From: Parcubacteria group bacterium Licking1014_17
GTDB lineage: Bacteria; Patescibacteriota; Minisyncoccia; 2-02-FULL-40-12; IGHO2-01-FULL-4-A
Length of the DNA stretch: 64,000 nt
Direction of reading: 5' to 3'
NCBI GenBank assembly: GCA_007376485.1
Contig: VMGJ01000001.1
Coordinates: forward strand, 113,922-177,921
The first letter of the stretch is position 1. Every line of letters starts with the position of its first letter. Positions 20,665 to 30,419 of this stretch are shown here, piece after piece. The translations under genes were made by a program, and so were the position numbers. The notes under the pieces were generated by a model. The model was not told the DNA's origin and did not search any database. It saw nothing but the letters and a program-made list of their open reading frames with translations.

Positions 20665-22268
20665 ATATAAAAAAAATAACATCCTTTTTTGTGAGCTATT
20701 ATTTTGTCTATTCTGTTCAGGTAATTCTGTTTGTTCTAATGATTTTAGGCGTATTGCCAAGAAATTTCGTGTTTATTCTCGCGGCTTTGCAAATGGCGTA
20801 TGTGCTGTTCAAGCCAATCCCGAAGGCGCTAGCTTTTTTTATAAGCTCGGTGCCGCTGTTCATAGCTCTCCCGTTGACCGGGTCTTTCGATTCTCTAAAT
20901 ATCTGGCGCCTGCTCTCAATCGCAATTTTTATCAGGTGGACCATCAAAAACCGCATGGAACTTATCGGTGCCACAGAAGATACATTAAGTAAACTGATTA
21001 AAAAACCACTCCAGCTTATCCTTGACCACAAAATTGCCGCTTCAATTATTATTCTTTTTATAATTTCCGCCATTTCTATAACGGCAGCCACCGAACCGGT
21101 TCAGTCAATAAAAAGAATAATTTATTTCATTAATCTTTTACTGGTGCCGATTGTAATTTATGACCAGATAAAAAGGAACGCCCTGCCGATTGAAAATATT
21201 ATAAAGCCCATCGCGACCGCAACAATTTTGGCTGTCGTTGCCGGCTTTGCCCAACTGCTGTCCACGTATCTGGTGGATATTTATAAATTCATGAATATCT
21301 GGGGCGAAAGGATACAGTTTATCCAATTCGGAAGACTTTGGTCGGATATCGCCGTTTATAAAGGCAACACCTGGCTCGCGTATTACGGAGACCAGCTGAC
21401 TTTAAGAATGTTCTCTCTGTTTCCCGATTCGCATTCATTTCCCATTTATATCATTCTGGGGATGGCATCAATCATCACACTGGCGCTTAAAAAAATAGAT
21501 TTTAACTCCGGCGGTTTTAGAAACGTAATCAAATCCAAAATCGGCGTTTTGAGCATAGTTATTCCGTGCGTTATACTCGCTGCTTTTTTGAGCGGCACGA
21601 GGGGAATCTGGGTCGCCGGCGCCGTGGTTATCATCGGGGCGATAATATTCTTATTCGTTTTGGTAAAAAGAAAAATTGATAAACAAAGAGTTAGGGTTTT
21701 TGAATATGTCGGCCTGCTTATGATATTTTTCGTTCTCGCGTATTTAATCGCCCAGCCAATTTTTGCTTCCCCGCAGTTTATGGCATCCAAAGACAGTTCT
21801 TTCCTAAATAGCCGGTTGAGGTCAATTATTGATTTCGGCGAAACATCAAACGCCCAAAGAATCGCGATATACAAAGCAACTTTGAAATCAATAACCAAAC
21901 ATCCGCTCCTTGGCGTAGGCATATATAATTTCCCGGTCGTGCTTGACCAGAAGGTGATTCTTTCAAGAGCCGGTTCGTCCGCGCATAATATTTATCTCCA
22001 CATAGCGGCCGAAATGGGCATTCCGGCGCTGGTAATCTTTCTCGCATTCGTTTATTTATTGATTTCAAAAACCTACGGCAATTTTTCGCGCTCAAACGAC
22101 AAATTCATTATCATACTGAACGCTTCGCTCCTGATTTGCCTTTCCTGGGTTTTGATTTATTCGCTGACCGATGTGGCGCTTTTTGATGAAAGGGCGTTTC
22201 TGATGTTTTCCTCAATATGCGCGATAATCTTCGGAACCAACAGCGGGACCCTAACTTCTTATGGATAA
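20661..22268 (+). CDS. O-antigen ligase / Wzy_C family membrane protein
   Basis: Multi-TM, SGTRG, HPLLGVG..NF, AHNIYLHIAAEMG. Confidence 0.9.
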   Translation: MNIKKITSFFVSYYFVYSVQVILFVLMILGVLPRNFVFILAALQMAYVLFKPIPKALAFFISSVPLFIALPLTGSFDSLNIWRLLSIAIFIRWTIKNRMELIGATEDTLSKLIKKPLQLILDHKIAASIIILFIISAISITAATEPVQSIKRIIYFINLLLVPIVIYDQIKRNALPIENIIKPIATATILAVVAGFAQLLSTYLVDIYKFMNIWGERIQFIQFGRLWSDIAVYKGNTWLAYYGDQLTLRMFSLFPDSHSFPIYIILGMASIITLALKKIDFNSGGFRNVIKSKIGVLSIVIPCVILAAFLSGTRGIWVAGAVVIIGAIIFLFVLVKRKIDKQRVRVFEYVGLLMIFFVLAYLIAQPIFASPQFMASKDSSFLNSRLRSIIDFGETSNAQRIAIYKATLKSITKHPLLGVGIYNFPVVLDQKVILSRAGSSAHNIYLHIAAEMGIPALVIFLAFVYLLISKTYGNFSRSNDKFIIILNASLLICLSWVLIYSLTDVALFDERAFLMFSSICAIIFGTNSGTLTSYG

Positions 22269-23271
22269 GAATCCGTTAGTAACAATTAATTTGGTTGTTC
22301 TCAACGCCGAGCGCTATGTAAAACTCTGTTTGGACGCCGTTGCCGCCCAAACTTATAAAAATTACGAGTTGAATATACTGGATAACGCTTCAAAAGATTC
22401 AACAGTCGCGCTCATTAAAAAGCACGGGATTAAACACAAGTTGATTTTGAATGAAAAAAATGACGGGATGTGGCTAGGGCAGGAAAAACTTTTGTCCCAT
22501 AGCAGGGGGGAAATCATAGTGTTTTTGTCGGTTGACGTCCTGCTCTCCGCGGATTTTCTGGAAAATGCCGTAAAAATAATGGGTTCGGACGAAACTATTG
22601 GCGCGCTTCAGGGTAAGATTTACCGCTGGCAGATTGATAATGGCAGGCCGGAATATACCAAAATAATAGATACCTGCGGTTTTGAAATATATAAATCACG
22701 GGAAATACTAAACCGCGGTCATGGGGCGGAGGATAGAGGGCAATTCAATAAGCAGGAAGAAATATTTGCCGTTGAGGGCGCTGTGCCGGTGTTCAGAAAA
22801 AAGGCGATTCAGGATTCGCTTTTAGACGGCCATTTAATAGATCCTGAATACTTCTGGTATGGAGAAGATCTGGATTTCGCGTGGCGCATGCGCTTGATGG
22901 GTTGGAAAGAAATATATGACCCCTCTGTAATCGCTTATCATGACAGGCAAACAACAAAAAGAACCAGGTCCACGTTGATAGATTTCATCCGGATGCGAAA
23001 AACCATCCCCATATTCAAAAGGCGGCTTGATTGGCGCAACACCACGGTTACTGTTTTAAAAAACGATTTTGGCTGGAATCTTTTGAAGGATTTGCCGCGG
23101 ATATTATGGCGCCAAATTCCACTCCTTGGTTATTTTCTTATTTTTGAAACTCCGGTGATTTTAGAGGTTTTCAATGTCTTAAAACAACTGCCGAAAATAT
23201 TCCGCCAAAGGCGGGAAATAGCAGCCCGAAGGAAAGTTACAATGGGAGATATGAGGAGTTGGTTTAAATGA
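22261..23271 (+). CDS. Glycosyltransferase family 2
   Basis: LDNASKD, YGEDLDFAWR. Confidence 0.92.
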   Translation: MDKNPLVTINLVVLNAERYVKLCLDAVAAQTYKNYELNILDNASKDSTVALIKKHGIKHKLILNEKNDGMWLGQEKLLSHSRGEIIVFLSVDVLLSADFLENAVKIMGSDETIGALQGKIYRWQIDNGRPEYTKIIDTCGFEIYKSREILNRGHGAEDRGQFNKQEEIFAVEGAVPVFRKKAIQDSLLDGHLIDPEYFWYGEDLDFAWRMRLMGWKEIYDPSVIAYHDRQTTKRTRSTLIDFIRMRKTIPIFKRRLDWRNTTVTVLKNDFGWNLLKDLPRILWRQIPLLGYFLIFETPVILEVFNVLKQLPKIFRQRREIAARRKVTMGDMRSWFK

Positions 23272-23313
23272 AACTCTCGGGGGAATATGTCTTTTCATAG
23301 CCGAAGGTTTTAA

Positions 23314-23456
23314 CTCGCTGGTATGTTTTTCGGGACTTCGTTTTCCCCTGCGAGGAAAATTCATCTAATGAAGTCGCTGTCATTTGTCAAGACATAAAGT
23401 CATTGACAAAACCATGCTGACAATGACTTCAACAGCACTCAAAACACACCAGCTCG
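23314..23456 (-). repeat. Structured intergenic repeat, subfamily C
   Basis: Closing stem GCTGGTRTGTTTT/AAAACACACCAGC; near-identical core to 49929..50098. Confidence 0.85.
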
Positions 23457-23490
23457 TAAGCCATTAAAACACACTAGATTTTTAGCGAGT

Positions 23491-23519
23491 TTGACATGTA
23501 TAAATCTATATGCTATTTT
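23491..23519 (+). promoter_or_regulatory. Sigma70 promoter of orphan gene
   Basis: TTGACA-17-TATTTT with upstream TG. Confidence 0.55.
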
Positions 23520-23568
23520 TGCGTTGTCTTTCTAATTGATGAAACCATTTTAGAAGGAGGGCAAAAGT

Positions 23569-24132
23569 ATGCCACAGATCTTTTTAAAAATAGCACCTAT
23601 TGCGCAATCGGCAATGACCAAGAAAATCATTGCTGTGCTAGATTCTGAGCTCAGCAGGTTGGTTGTGAAGATATGGGATGTGCCCAAGCGAGATACTGCA
23701 TTCACGGCGGAGCATGCCTGTTATGCCCGGGGCGAGGCCGAGCTCCAGTTTGAAGTACGCTATACCGCCGGTAAGGACGAGTATGGCAAGGGCAGCCCCT
23801 TTGACCCTACCGAAGAGGAGCAGGACAAGTTATCCGAGTTGATGGAGGAAAGGGCTCGGGAGGTTTTGGCCAAGGAGGGGATAGGCTTTACGGTCTCGGT
23901 TTGGCCTAAACCGCAATATAACAGCACTTTCAGGGCGTCAACGACGATGAGCTGTAAGGTCGCAAGGAGAAAAATAAAGTCTTACTTTAAAGAAAGACGT
24001 GATGAGCCCCTCGACGATGCTCTTTACAATCACATGACTATCGGCAGCAGTGTTGTCGGGAAACATCATGTTTCTTGCAAATCATGTTGGGAATACTACA
24101 CCGCCATGAAACGGAAACATTGCGGAGGCTAG
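23569..24132 (+). CDS. Hypothetical protein, possibly tautomerase-like N terminus plus HxxxCxxC tail
   Basis: AGGAGG SD, Met-Pro start, C-terminal HHVSCKSC. Confidence 0.7.
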   Translation: MPQIFLKIAPIAQSAMTKKIIAVLDSELSRLVVKIWDVPKRDTAFTAEHACYARGEAELQFEVRYTAGKDEYGKGSPFDPTEEEQDKLSELMEERAREVLAKEGIGFTVSVWPKPQYNSTFRASTTMSCKVARRKIKSYFKERRDEPLDDALYNHMTIGSSVVGKHHVSCKSCWEYYTAMKRKHCGG

Positions 24133-24311
24133 CTAACGGTCCCAACAGACAAACAGTGACCAGTTCGTTTTAAATGGCATACCTATGGTTGTTGACGTGA
24201 CATTCAGCGACGAACCCGCCGCATATGTGATCTCTGACAGGAATACTGCCACCCACATATCGGGTAGCCAGCCCATGAACGTAGATAGGTTTCCCCGCCC
24301 TGTATCAGACA

Positions 24312-24353
24312 AAAAGCCCTGTGCTTCGTCCGATGCGGGGCTTTTCTGTTTTT
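24312..24353 (+). terminator. Rho-independent terminator
   Basis: AAAAGCCCTGT...GCGGGGCTTTT followed by a T run. Confidence 0.75.
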
Positions 24354-24409
24354 ATAATCTAAAATATAGTATCATATAATCAAAGATTGAAGTTGAGGGT
24401 TGTTTTTTT

Positions 24410-25459
24410 ATGGAAGTTATTAAACCGGAATCATTAAACATCGAGAATAAGCCGCCGAAGAAGAGGCGTATTTTTTCTTTTATCATAGGAATATTTTTTA
24501 TTTTGCTTTTGTATGTCGGACTGTTAAGCGGATTGCTTAGCAGGACTGTTTATATAGACAACGGCAGTCAACAGCAAGTTTCTTTCTGGGGTCGTCTTCT
24601 TAATGTTTTTTCTATTACGGCACCCATAACCACGCCTGACCCAAATCCAATGCCGGAAAAAGACCCCCTTCGGGAAAATATTCTTATTCTCGGAATCAGG
24701 GGTGAGAACAATCCGGAAGAAGGTGGTCTGCTGACCGATACGATGCTTCTTGTCAGCGTGGACAAAAAATCCCAGAAGACCGCGATTATTTCAATCCCGA
24801 GGGACCTTTACGTGGATACAAGCGGGGTTAAAGGAAAAATAAACAGCGCCTATGAAACCGGATATTACAAAAATAAGGGATTGTCTCTGGCGAAAGAAAT
24901 AGTTTCCAGGGTGACCGGCGCTTATGTTGACCACGCGGTTTTATTCAATTTTGCCGCTTTTCAGGAAGTTGTTGATACCGTTGGCGGCATTGATATAACA
25001 TTGGACAAACCTTTTGTCGAGCCAACCCAGTGGGGCTACGAGTTTTCACTGCCCGCGGGCAAGAACCACTTGAACGGCGAGCAGGCGCTTTATTACGTGC
25101 GCTCCCGGTATTCCACAAGCGACTTTGACCGCGCCCGCCGCCAACAGGAAGTGGTTTTTGCCATTAAAGATAAAATTCTGTCATTAAATTTTCTTTCAAA
25201 CCCTTCAAAGATAATAGCGCTTCTGGGCCAGCTTAAGGGCAACGTAAAAACCGATTACCAAGTTTGGGAAATAAATGACGCGGTGAATCTCGCGAAATCT
25301 CTGAATGCGGCGTCTATGCCCAAAAAATACGTTATAGATACGTCTAATTTTCTTTACGAAACCCACACTCCGCAGGGCGAATACATACTCTTGCCAAACG
25401 GCGATAATTACGATAATATCCGTCAGTTCATCGCCCATATATTTGATTCGGTTCAATAA
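24410..25459 (+). CDS. LCP (LytR-CpsA-Psr) family protein
   Basis: TDTMLL, ISIPRDLY, VRSR..SDFDRARRQQ. Confidence 0.95.
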   Translation: MEVIKPESLNIENKPPKKRRIFSFIIGIFFILLLYVGLLSGLLSRTVYIDNGSQQQVSFWGRLLNVFSITAPITTPDPNPMPEKDPLRENILILGIRGENNPEEGGLLTDTMLLVSVDKKSQKTAIISIPRDLYVDTSGVKGKINSAYETGYYKNKGLSLAKEIVSRVTGAYVDHAVLFNFAAFQEVVDTVGGIDITLDKPFVEPTQWGYEFSLPAGKNHLNGEQALYYVRSRYSTSDFDRARRQQEVVFAIKDKILSLNFLSNPSKIIALLGQLKGNVKTDYQVWEINDAVNLAKSLNAASMPKKYVIDTSNFLYETHTPQGEYILLPNGDNYDNIRQFIAHIFDSVQ

Positions 25460-25465
25460 TTAAAT

Positions 25466-26296
25466 ATGCCAAAAGTTTCAATAATAATCGTGCACTACCG
25501 CGTGCCCGAGCTTCTTAAGCTTAACCTGAAATCAATAGAAAATACCCTCAAGGGCTTTGATTATGAAACAATCGTGGTTGACTGGGGGGCAATCAGAAAA
25601 ACCGCCGATATGATAAAGGAGGGTTTCCCAAATGTCAGATATCTGCCGTTTAAAGAAAACAACGGCTACGCTAAGGGGGTAAATACCGGCGCCGAAAACG
25701 CCAGAGGCGAATATTTATTATTTTTGAACCCGGATATCATCCTCAAAGAAAATTCAGTCCAGAAAATGGTACGATATATGGAGGAACATCCGGATATCGG
25801 CATTTTAGGCCCCAAGCTTCTCGGTTTTGATGGTTTGATCCAGCACTCTTATTTCAGATTTTATAAACCAATAACCGTAATTTTAAGAAGGTTGAGTTGG
25901 CTGGCAAAAATATTCAATCTCCGGCGCGTGATTGACAACTTCCTTATGCTTGATACCAACCCGAATAAAATCCAGACGCCCGACTGGCTGATGGGAAGCG
26001 TCCTGATGGTTTCACGGCAAGCCCTGAATAAAGTGGGAAAGATGGATGAGAGATTTTTTATGTATTTTGAAGACGTTGACTGGTGCCGGCGCTTTTGGCA
26101 AAATGGTTACAAGGTTGTGTATTATCCGGAGGCGGTGATGTACCATTATCATCAGCGGGAATCATATTCCGGTTGGGGGCCGCTGGATGTTTTTGTGAAC
26201 AGGACTACGAGGCGGCACATAAAAAGCGGCTTTAAATATTTTTTTAAATACCGGAACATAAATAAACCGACTCTTAAATTATTACATGAAAAATAA
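25466..26296 (+). CDS. Glycosyltransferase family 2
   Basis: GYAKGVN, LNPD, FFMYFEDVDWC. Confidence 0.93.
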   Translation: MPKVSIIIVHYRVPELLKLNLKSIENTLKGFDYETIVVDWGAIRKTADMIKEGFPNVRYLPFKENNGYAKGVNTGAENARGEYLLFLNPDIILKENSVQKMVRYMEEHPDIGILGPKLLGFDGLIQHSYFRFYKPITVILRRLSWLAKIFNLRRVIDNFLMLDTNPNKIQTPDWLMGSVLMVSRQALNKVGKMDERFFMYFEDVDWCRRFWQNGYKVVYYPEAVMYHYHQRESYSGWGPLDVFVNRTTRRHIKSGFKYFFKYRNINKPTLKLLHEK

Positions 26297-27494
26297 AATT
26301 CTGATTGTTTTGAGCGTAATACTGTTCGCGGCTGTATTTTTCTGGCTGGGCGCCGAGTACAACACCACTGCCATTGTTGAAACTCCGATACCGTCGGTGA
26401 GCGAAACCACGGTACCCACGTCCACCAAGCCCGCAGGCGTCGATTTTAACACGTTTTGGACGGTCTGGAACCTTGTTCATTCCCAATACGTGGATAACGC
26501 CAAATTAAAAGACCCAGACCTTCTTTACGGCGCCATAGACGGCATGGTGCAAGCCGTGGGAGACCCGTATACGACATTTTTGAGGCCGCAGGACTCCGAG
26601 AGCCTTATGCAGCAAATATCGGGCTCTTTTAGCGGCGTAGGAATCGAAATTGGCATAAGAAACAGCGTTCTTACCGTTATTTCGCCTATAAAAGACAGCC
26701 CAGCCGAGCGTGCCGGTGTTATCGCCGGTGACAAGATTTTGAAGATTGACGGCAAGGATTCTTCCGCTATGAATCAAGACGAAGCCGTCAAGCTGATACG
26801 TGGTCCGAACGGGACCACGGTTAAGTTGACGACCGAGCGCGGCAATCCGGCTACGGAAAAGGAATTCACGATAGTCCGCACGGTGATAAAAATTCCAGCG
26901 GCAAAGTGGAGTATGCTGGATGGGAATACCGCGTACCTGCAGGTGTTTATATTCAATAAAAATATAGATTCCGAATTCAAAAAAGCGGCAAAGGAAATTA
27001 CCGAATCTAAGGCAACGAAAATTATCCTTGACCTGAGAAATAACCCCGGCGGCCTTCTTGATTCGGCGGTATCCGTCGCCAGCTACTTTTTAGATACCGG
27101 CCAAGCAGTTCTTACGGAAAAATTCGGCGACGGCAGGCAGGATGCTTACAAAAGCGAAGCGAATGGAATTTTGAAGAATTATCCGATTGTTGTTCTTATC
27201 AACAAAGGTTCCGCATCAGCTTCGGAAATTCTCGCGGGCGCGTTAAGGGATAACAGAAACGTAACGATAATCGGCGAAACAAGTTACGGAAAGGGTTCGG
27301 TCCAGGTTATTAACGACTTACCAAATAAATCTTCCGTAAAGATTACCATAGCCAAATGGTACACGCCTAAAGGCATATCTATTAACGAAAACGGAATTAC
27401 CCCCGATGTTGAAGTCGTCAGGACAGAAGATGACATACAAAAAAATAAAGACCCTCAGCTTGATAAAGCCATAGAAATTATCAAGAAATTGTAA
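26286..27494 (+). CDS. ctpA: S41A C-terminal processing protease (CtpA/Prc)
   Basis: PDZ GVGIEI, DLRNNPGG, SASASEI, GKGSVQ. Confidence 0.95.
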   Translation: MKNKILIVLSVILFAAVFFWLGAEYNTTAIVETPIPSVSETTVPTSTKPAGVDFNTFWTVWNLVHSQYVDNAKLKDPDLLYGAIDGMVQAVGDPYTTFLRPQDSESLMQQISGSFSGVGIEIGIRNSVLTVISPIKDSPAERAGVIAGDKILKIDGKDSSAMNQDEAVKLIRGPNGTTVKLTTERGNPATEKEFTIVRTVIKIPAAKWSMLDGNTAYLQVFIFNKNIDSEFKKAAKEITESKATKIILDLRNNPGGLLDSAVSVASYFLDTGQAVLTEKFGDGRQDAYKSEANGILKNYPIVVLINKGSASASEILAGALRDNRNVTIIGETSYGKGSVQVINDLPNKSSVKITIAKWYTPKGISINENGITPDVEVVRTEDDIQKNKDPQLDKAIEIIKKL

Positions 27495-27562
27495 CTATAA
27501 GTTAAATCACCGTTATAAACCAAAGTTTTGATTAATTTAAAATTGTGTGTTATTAATAACAT

Positions 27563-28021
27563 ATGAAAATTGTATTACTGCAAAATATAAAAGGAACCGG
27601 GCAGATAGGGGATATGAAGGAAGTCAGCGACGGATTCGCCAGAAATTATCTCATACCGAACAAAATGGCCGTGGCCGCCTCGGCTTCAGCCGTGAAACTA
27701 TCCGAAACACTGAAGAAACAGCGCCAACTTCAGTATGAAAAAGACGAAAAAACTGCCGAGGAAATCGCGAAGAAGCTGGAGGGTTTTGAGTTAAATATCA
27801 CAGAAACCGCCAATGATGAGGGGCAGTTATACGGCTCTATAGACGCGAAAAGAATCAAAGAAGGGCTTCATGAAAATAAAATTGACGTGCCGGTGGAAGT
27901 CATAGATTTACCCGAACATATCAAAACAACCGGCACCCATGAAGTAAAACTAAAACTTCACCCGGAAGTTGACTCGATTCTAAAGATAAATATTACTTCC
28001 GAAAACAAAACATCCGCCTAA
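27563..28021 (+). CDS. rplI: 50S ribosomal protein L9
   Basis: VSDGFARNYLIP, LYGSI. Confidence 0.97.
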   Translation: MKIVLLQNIKGTGQIGDMKEVSDGFARNYLIPNKMAVAASASAVKLSETLKKQRQLQYEKDEKTAEEIAKKLEGFELNITETANDEGQLYGSIDAKRIKEGLHENKIDVPVEVIDLPEHIKTTGTHEVKLKLHPEVDSILKINITSENKTSA

Positions 28022-28035
28022 GCGGATGTTTTGTT
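28004..28035. terminator. Bidirectional terminator overlapping the rplI stop
   Basis: AACAAAACATCCGC/GCGGATGTTTTGTT between convergent rplI and rpmA. Confidence 0.85.
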
Positions 28036-28050
28036 AAGTGCGAGAATTAT

Positions 28051-28323
28051 TTATATTATGCTTACGATCTTCGATATCTTACTGTTGCCGTCGTATTTTT
28101 TCATTTTCCGGGTAACAAATTTAATTTTCCCGCCCTTAACCGCGTAAATGGTGTCATCTTTACCTATTCTCGTGCCGGGGCCCGGCATGTAATGGCTACC
28201 GCGCTGCCGGATTATAATATTGCCCGGTATCGCTTGCTGGCTCTCAGATAGCTTAATCCCGAGCCTTTTGGACTCTGAATCACGCCCTAATTTAGTTGTG
28301 CCCTTAGCTTTTGTATGCGCCAT
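28051..28323 (-). CDS. rpmA: 50S ribosomal protein L27
   Basis: MAHTKAKG, GRDSESKRLG, IIIRQRG. Confidence 0.98.
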   Translation of the reverse strand: MAHTKAKGTTKLGRDSESKRLGIKLSESQQAIPGNIIIRQRGSHYMPGPGTRIGKDDTIYAVKGGKIKFVTRKMKKYDGNSKISKIVSII

Positions 28324-28386
28324 AATTAATATTTATAACTGGATGTATAAATGTTAACATAAAGCAGGAATAAATCAACATTATTA

Positions 28387-28779
28387 ATGGAAACGACTGA
28401 ATCAGGAAAATCAAAAGTAGGGGAGTGGCTGAATAATTATAAATCGGATATTCTGCTTGCCTTGTCTATTATTCTGGTTGTTTTCATCAGCTACCACATA
28501 GGCAAAATCGCCGCCTATCAGGAACAGCAAAAAAAGATAGTCGTAACAAAAACAGGGGACGCGGCGGTCGCGCAAAAACAAGCCTTGCCATCGGCATCTT
28601 CCAAGCCAAGGAGCGAAAACTCCCAAGTTATTGCTTCCAAAAAAAGCGAGAGCAAACTTTACCACTTCCCATGGTGTTCGGGATACGGCAGAATACTGCC
28701 CGCCAATAAAATAGTGTTCGAAACCGAGGCCGCCGCTATCGCCGCCGGTTATACACTTGCGGGAAATTGCACGAGGTGA
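28387..28779 (+). CDS. Membrane-anchored protein with Ada metal-binding-like domain
   Basis: TM then KLYHFPWC...AAGY...NC. Confidence 0.75.
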   Translation: METTESGKSKVGEWLNNYKSDILLALSIILVVFISYHIGKIAAYQEQQKKIVVTKTGDAAVAQKQALPSASSKPRSENSQVIASKKSESKLYHFPWCSGYGRILPANKIVFETEAAAIAAGYTLAGNCTR

Positions 28780-28794
28780 TAGAATTGCACTTGT

Positions 28795-29020
28795 CTGTCA
28801 CAGCAGTACCCTTTTCTCTGACCCCGCCGTTTTAACCATCACTCCATGGCAAACGGCAAACGGCGGGGTCCCAATATTATTTGATAGGTCTTGATATAAG
28901 TATTGAGATAGAATATAATACATATTGGAAGAGCCTTTGAGGGGTTGCTGAGTCTTTTTCAGCGCGAGCGCAAAGTTAAGACTCGGCAACCCCTCGCATT
29001 TTTACCTCCCCCGGGAGGTA
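28795..29020. ncRNA. Unassigned multi-stem structured element
   Basis: Stems GACCCCGCCGTTT/AAACGGCGGGGTC, CCAATAT/ATATTGG, GAGGGGTTGCTGAGTCTT/AAGACTCGGCAACCCCTC, TACCTCCC/GGGAGGTA. Confidence 0.4.
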
Positions 29021-29059
29021 TATTTATTTAAGATTCAATTATCTATTCTAATATCTATT

Positions 29060-29815
29060 CTAAATGAGTTTAATTTTATTCAGCCAGTAATCATTTTCCC
29101 ATTCCCAGAGGGCTTTCGCGGCAAGAAACGCCCTGATGTCTTTTTCAAACTCTTTTAACTCTTTTAATTCAACATAACCGGTTAGGTCGTCCCATTGGTG
29201 TTCACATTTTCCAGAATTCCGATAGCCATTTTTTATTTTTGCCGTTCCTCCTTTTTCTCTCATAACTGCGCCACAGCCATTCAGACACGGCTTTGCCTGG
29301 TCAATCCTTAAAATCCAGCGGGCAAGCGGCGGCATATCCGGCTCTTCATATAACGCCTCCGAATAGGCGGCCGTCTGGATGCTGTAATCCCTGTATATCG
29401 CCTGGGACGTTTTTATGTCCAAAATGCCGGTCCTGCCGTCAAAATCCGCCAGCACGTCCAGTGTCCCCGCGTAATGATGGTTGCGGCTGATGATTTTTGT
29501 TTCGATCCTTCGCGGAACAATTTCATGTTTATTTTTAAATTTCATAAATTCGCCTATCGCCGGTTCCACGGAGCGGGGGACTTCGATTTTCTTTCCGGCT
29601 AGTATCGCTTCAACGATATCGTGTATTAAGGTGCCTTCTTCGGCGGATTTGTTTTTCTGGCGTTCCGCGGATTCGAAACTGTCGTGGTCGCCGTAGAATT
29701 TGTAGAGAGCGGGTTTTGACTTGATGGACAATATGGAAGTCACTCGGGGATACCACACGCCATTCAAATCATAACCGTTGAATTCTTTGAAATGATTCAG
29801 ATCTTTATAGAACAT
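29060..29815 (-). CDS. PD-(D/E)XK nuclease (exonuclease/Cas4-like superfamily)
   Basis: PRVTSIL, GTLIH, E..I, YAGTLD, LDIKTS, QTAAY; Cys-rich insert. Confidence 0.85.
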   Translation of the reverse strand: MFYKDLNHFKEFNGYDLNGVWYPRVTSILSIKSKPALYKFYGDHDSFESAERQKNKSAEEGTLIHDIVEAILAGKKIEVPRSVEPAIGEFMKFKNKHEIVPRRIETKIISRNHHYAGTLDVLADFDGRTGILDIKTSQAIYRDYSIQTAAYSEALYEEPDMPPLARWILRIDQAKPCLNGCGAVMREKGGTAKIKNGYRNSGKCEHQWDDLTGYVELKELKEFEKDIRAFLAAKALWEWENDYWLNKIKLI

Positions 29816-29848
29816 ACGAATATCTTATCATTAACTATTGCCGATAGG

Positions 29849-30026
29849 CGATAGGGCTTTTCTCATATAGATTACGTCTGACAATGTAGGTTGTGCGACA
29901 TGATACCTATTCTAATATACGGGTATTAGATATCGAATTACTAACGAATAACGGCGTGGGACAACCTATAAAGCGTTGGGTATCCGATCTAAGTGCTTAT
30001 TAATTCCTACATTCAATACCCTATCC
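29849..30026. ncRNA. Candidate long irregular hairpin ncRNA (about 178 nt)
   Basis: Nested pairs GATAGGG/CCCTATC, TAGAT/ATCTA, TAGGTTGT/ACAACCTA, TCTAATA/TATTAGA. Confidence 0.3.
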
Positions 30027-30041
30027 ATGAATAAAACCCGG

Positions 30042-30203
30042 GGTCTGGCGAATAACGTCTTATAGCACCGTTGAAATCGCAAATTGCATGGTCGGTTTGC
30101 GATATAATATGCGGCAAGCATCGCAAACCGAATTTGCGATTTCACGGAATGAGCAAACTCGCTGGGTTTGTGAATGATGATAGAAGACGTTATTCACCAG
30201 ACC
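30042..30203 (+). repeat. Structured intergenic repeat, subfamily B
   Basis: GCACCGTTGAAA...TTTCACGGAA core, GCATGG bulge, TCGCTGG loop; homologous to 42860..42988. Confidence 0.8.
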
Positions 30204-30419
30204 ATAGACCGCCACTTCCCTGCCGTTTTTCAAAAAATAAAACACAATATAAATAATTTGTGTCAATAAAGTTATCCACAGACACAACTTTATCAAACTT
30301 GACAAAATGGGTGTTAATATGCGCTGGTGTTTTTGTTAATGTTTGAATTCGAAACGTATTTTAAATAATTCATACTCTCCCCCGCTCCCCCGCAGGGGTG
30401 TCGCTTATTTTCTCGAGCT

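Noticed and set aside
24185-24379. 64-aa ORF after the orphan gene
   Set aside because: No SD, and it runs through the terminator; the intervening 180 nt show only weak pairing.
29040-29063. Tandem TATCTATTCTAA duplication
   Set aside because: Two-unit AT-rich slippage repeat at a gene end with no functional evidence.
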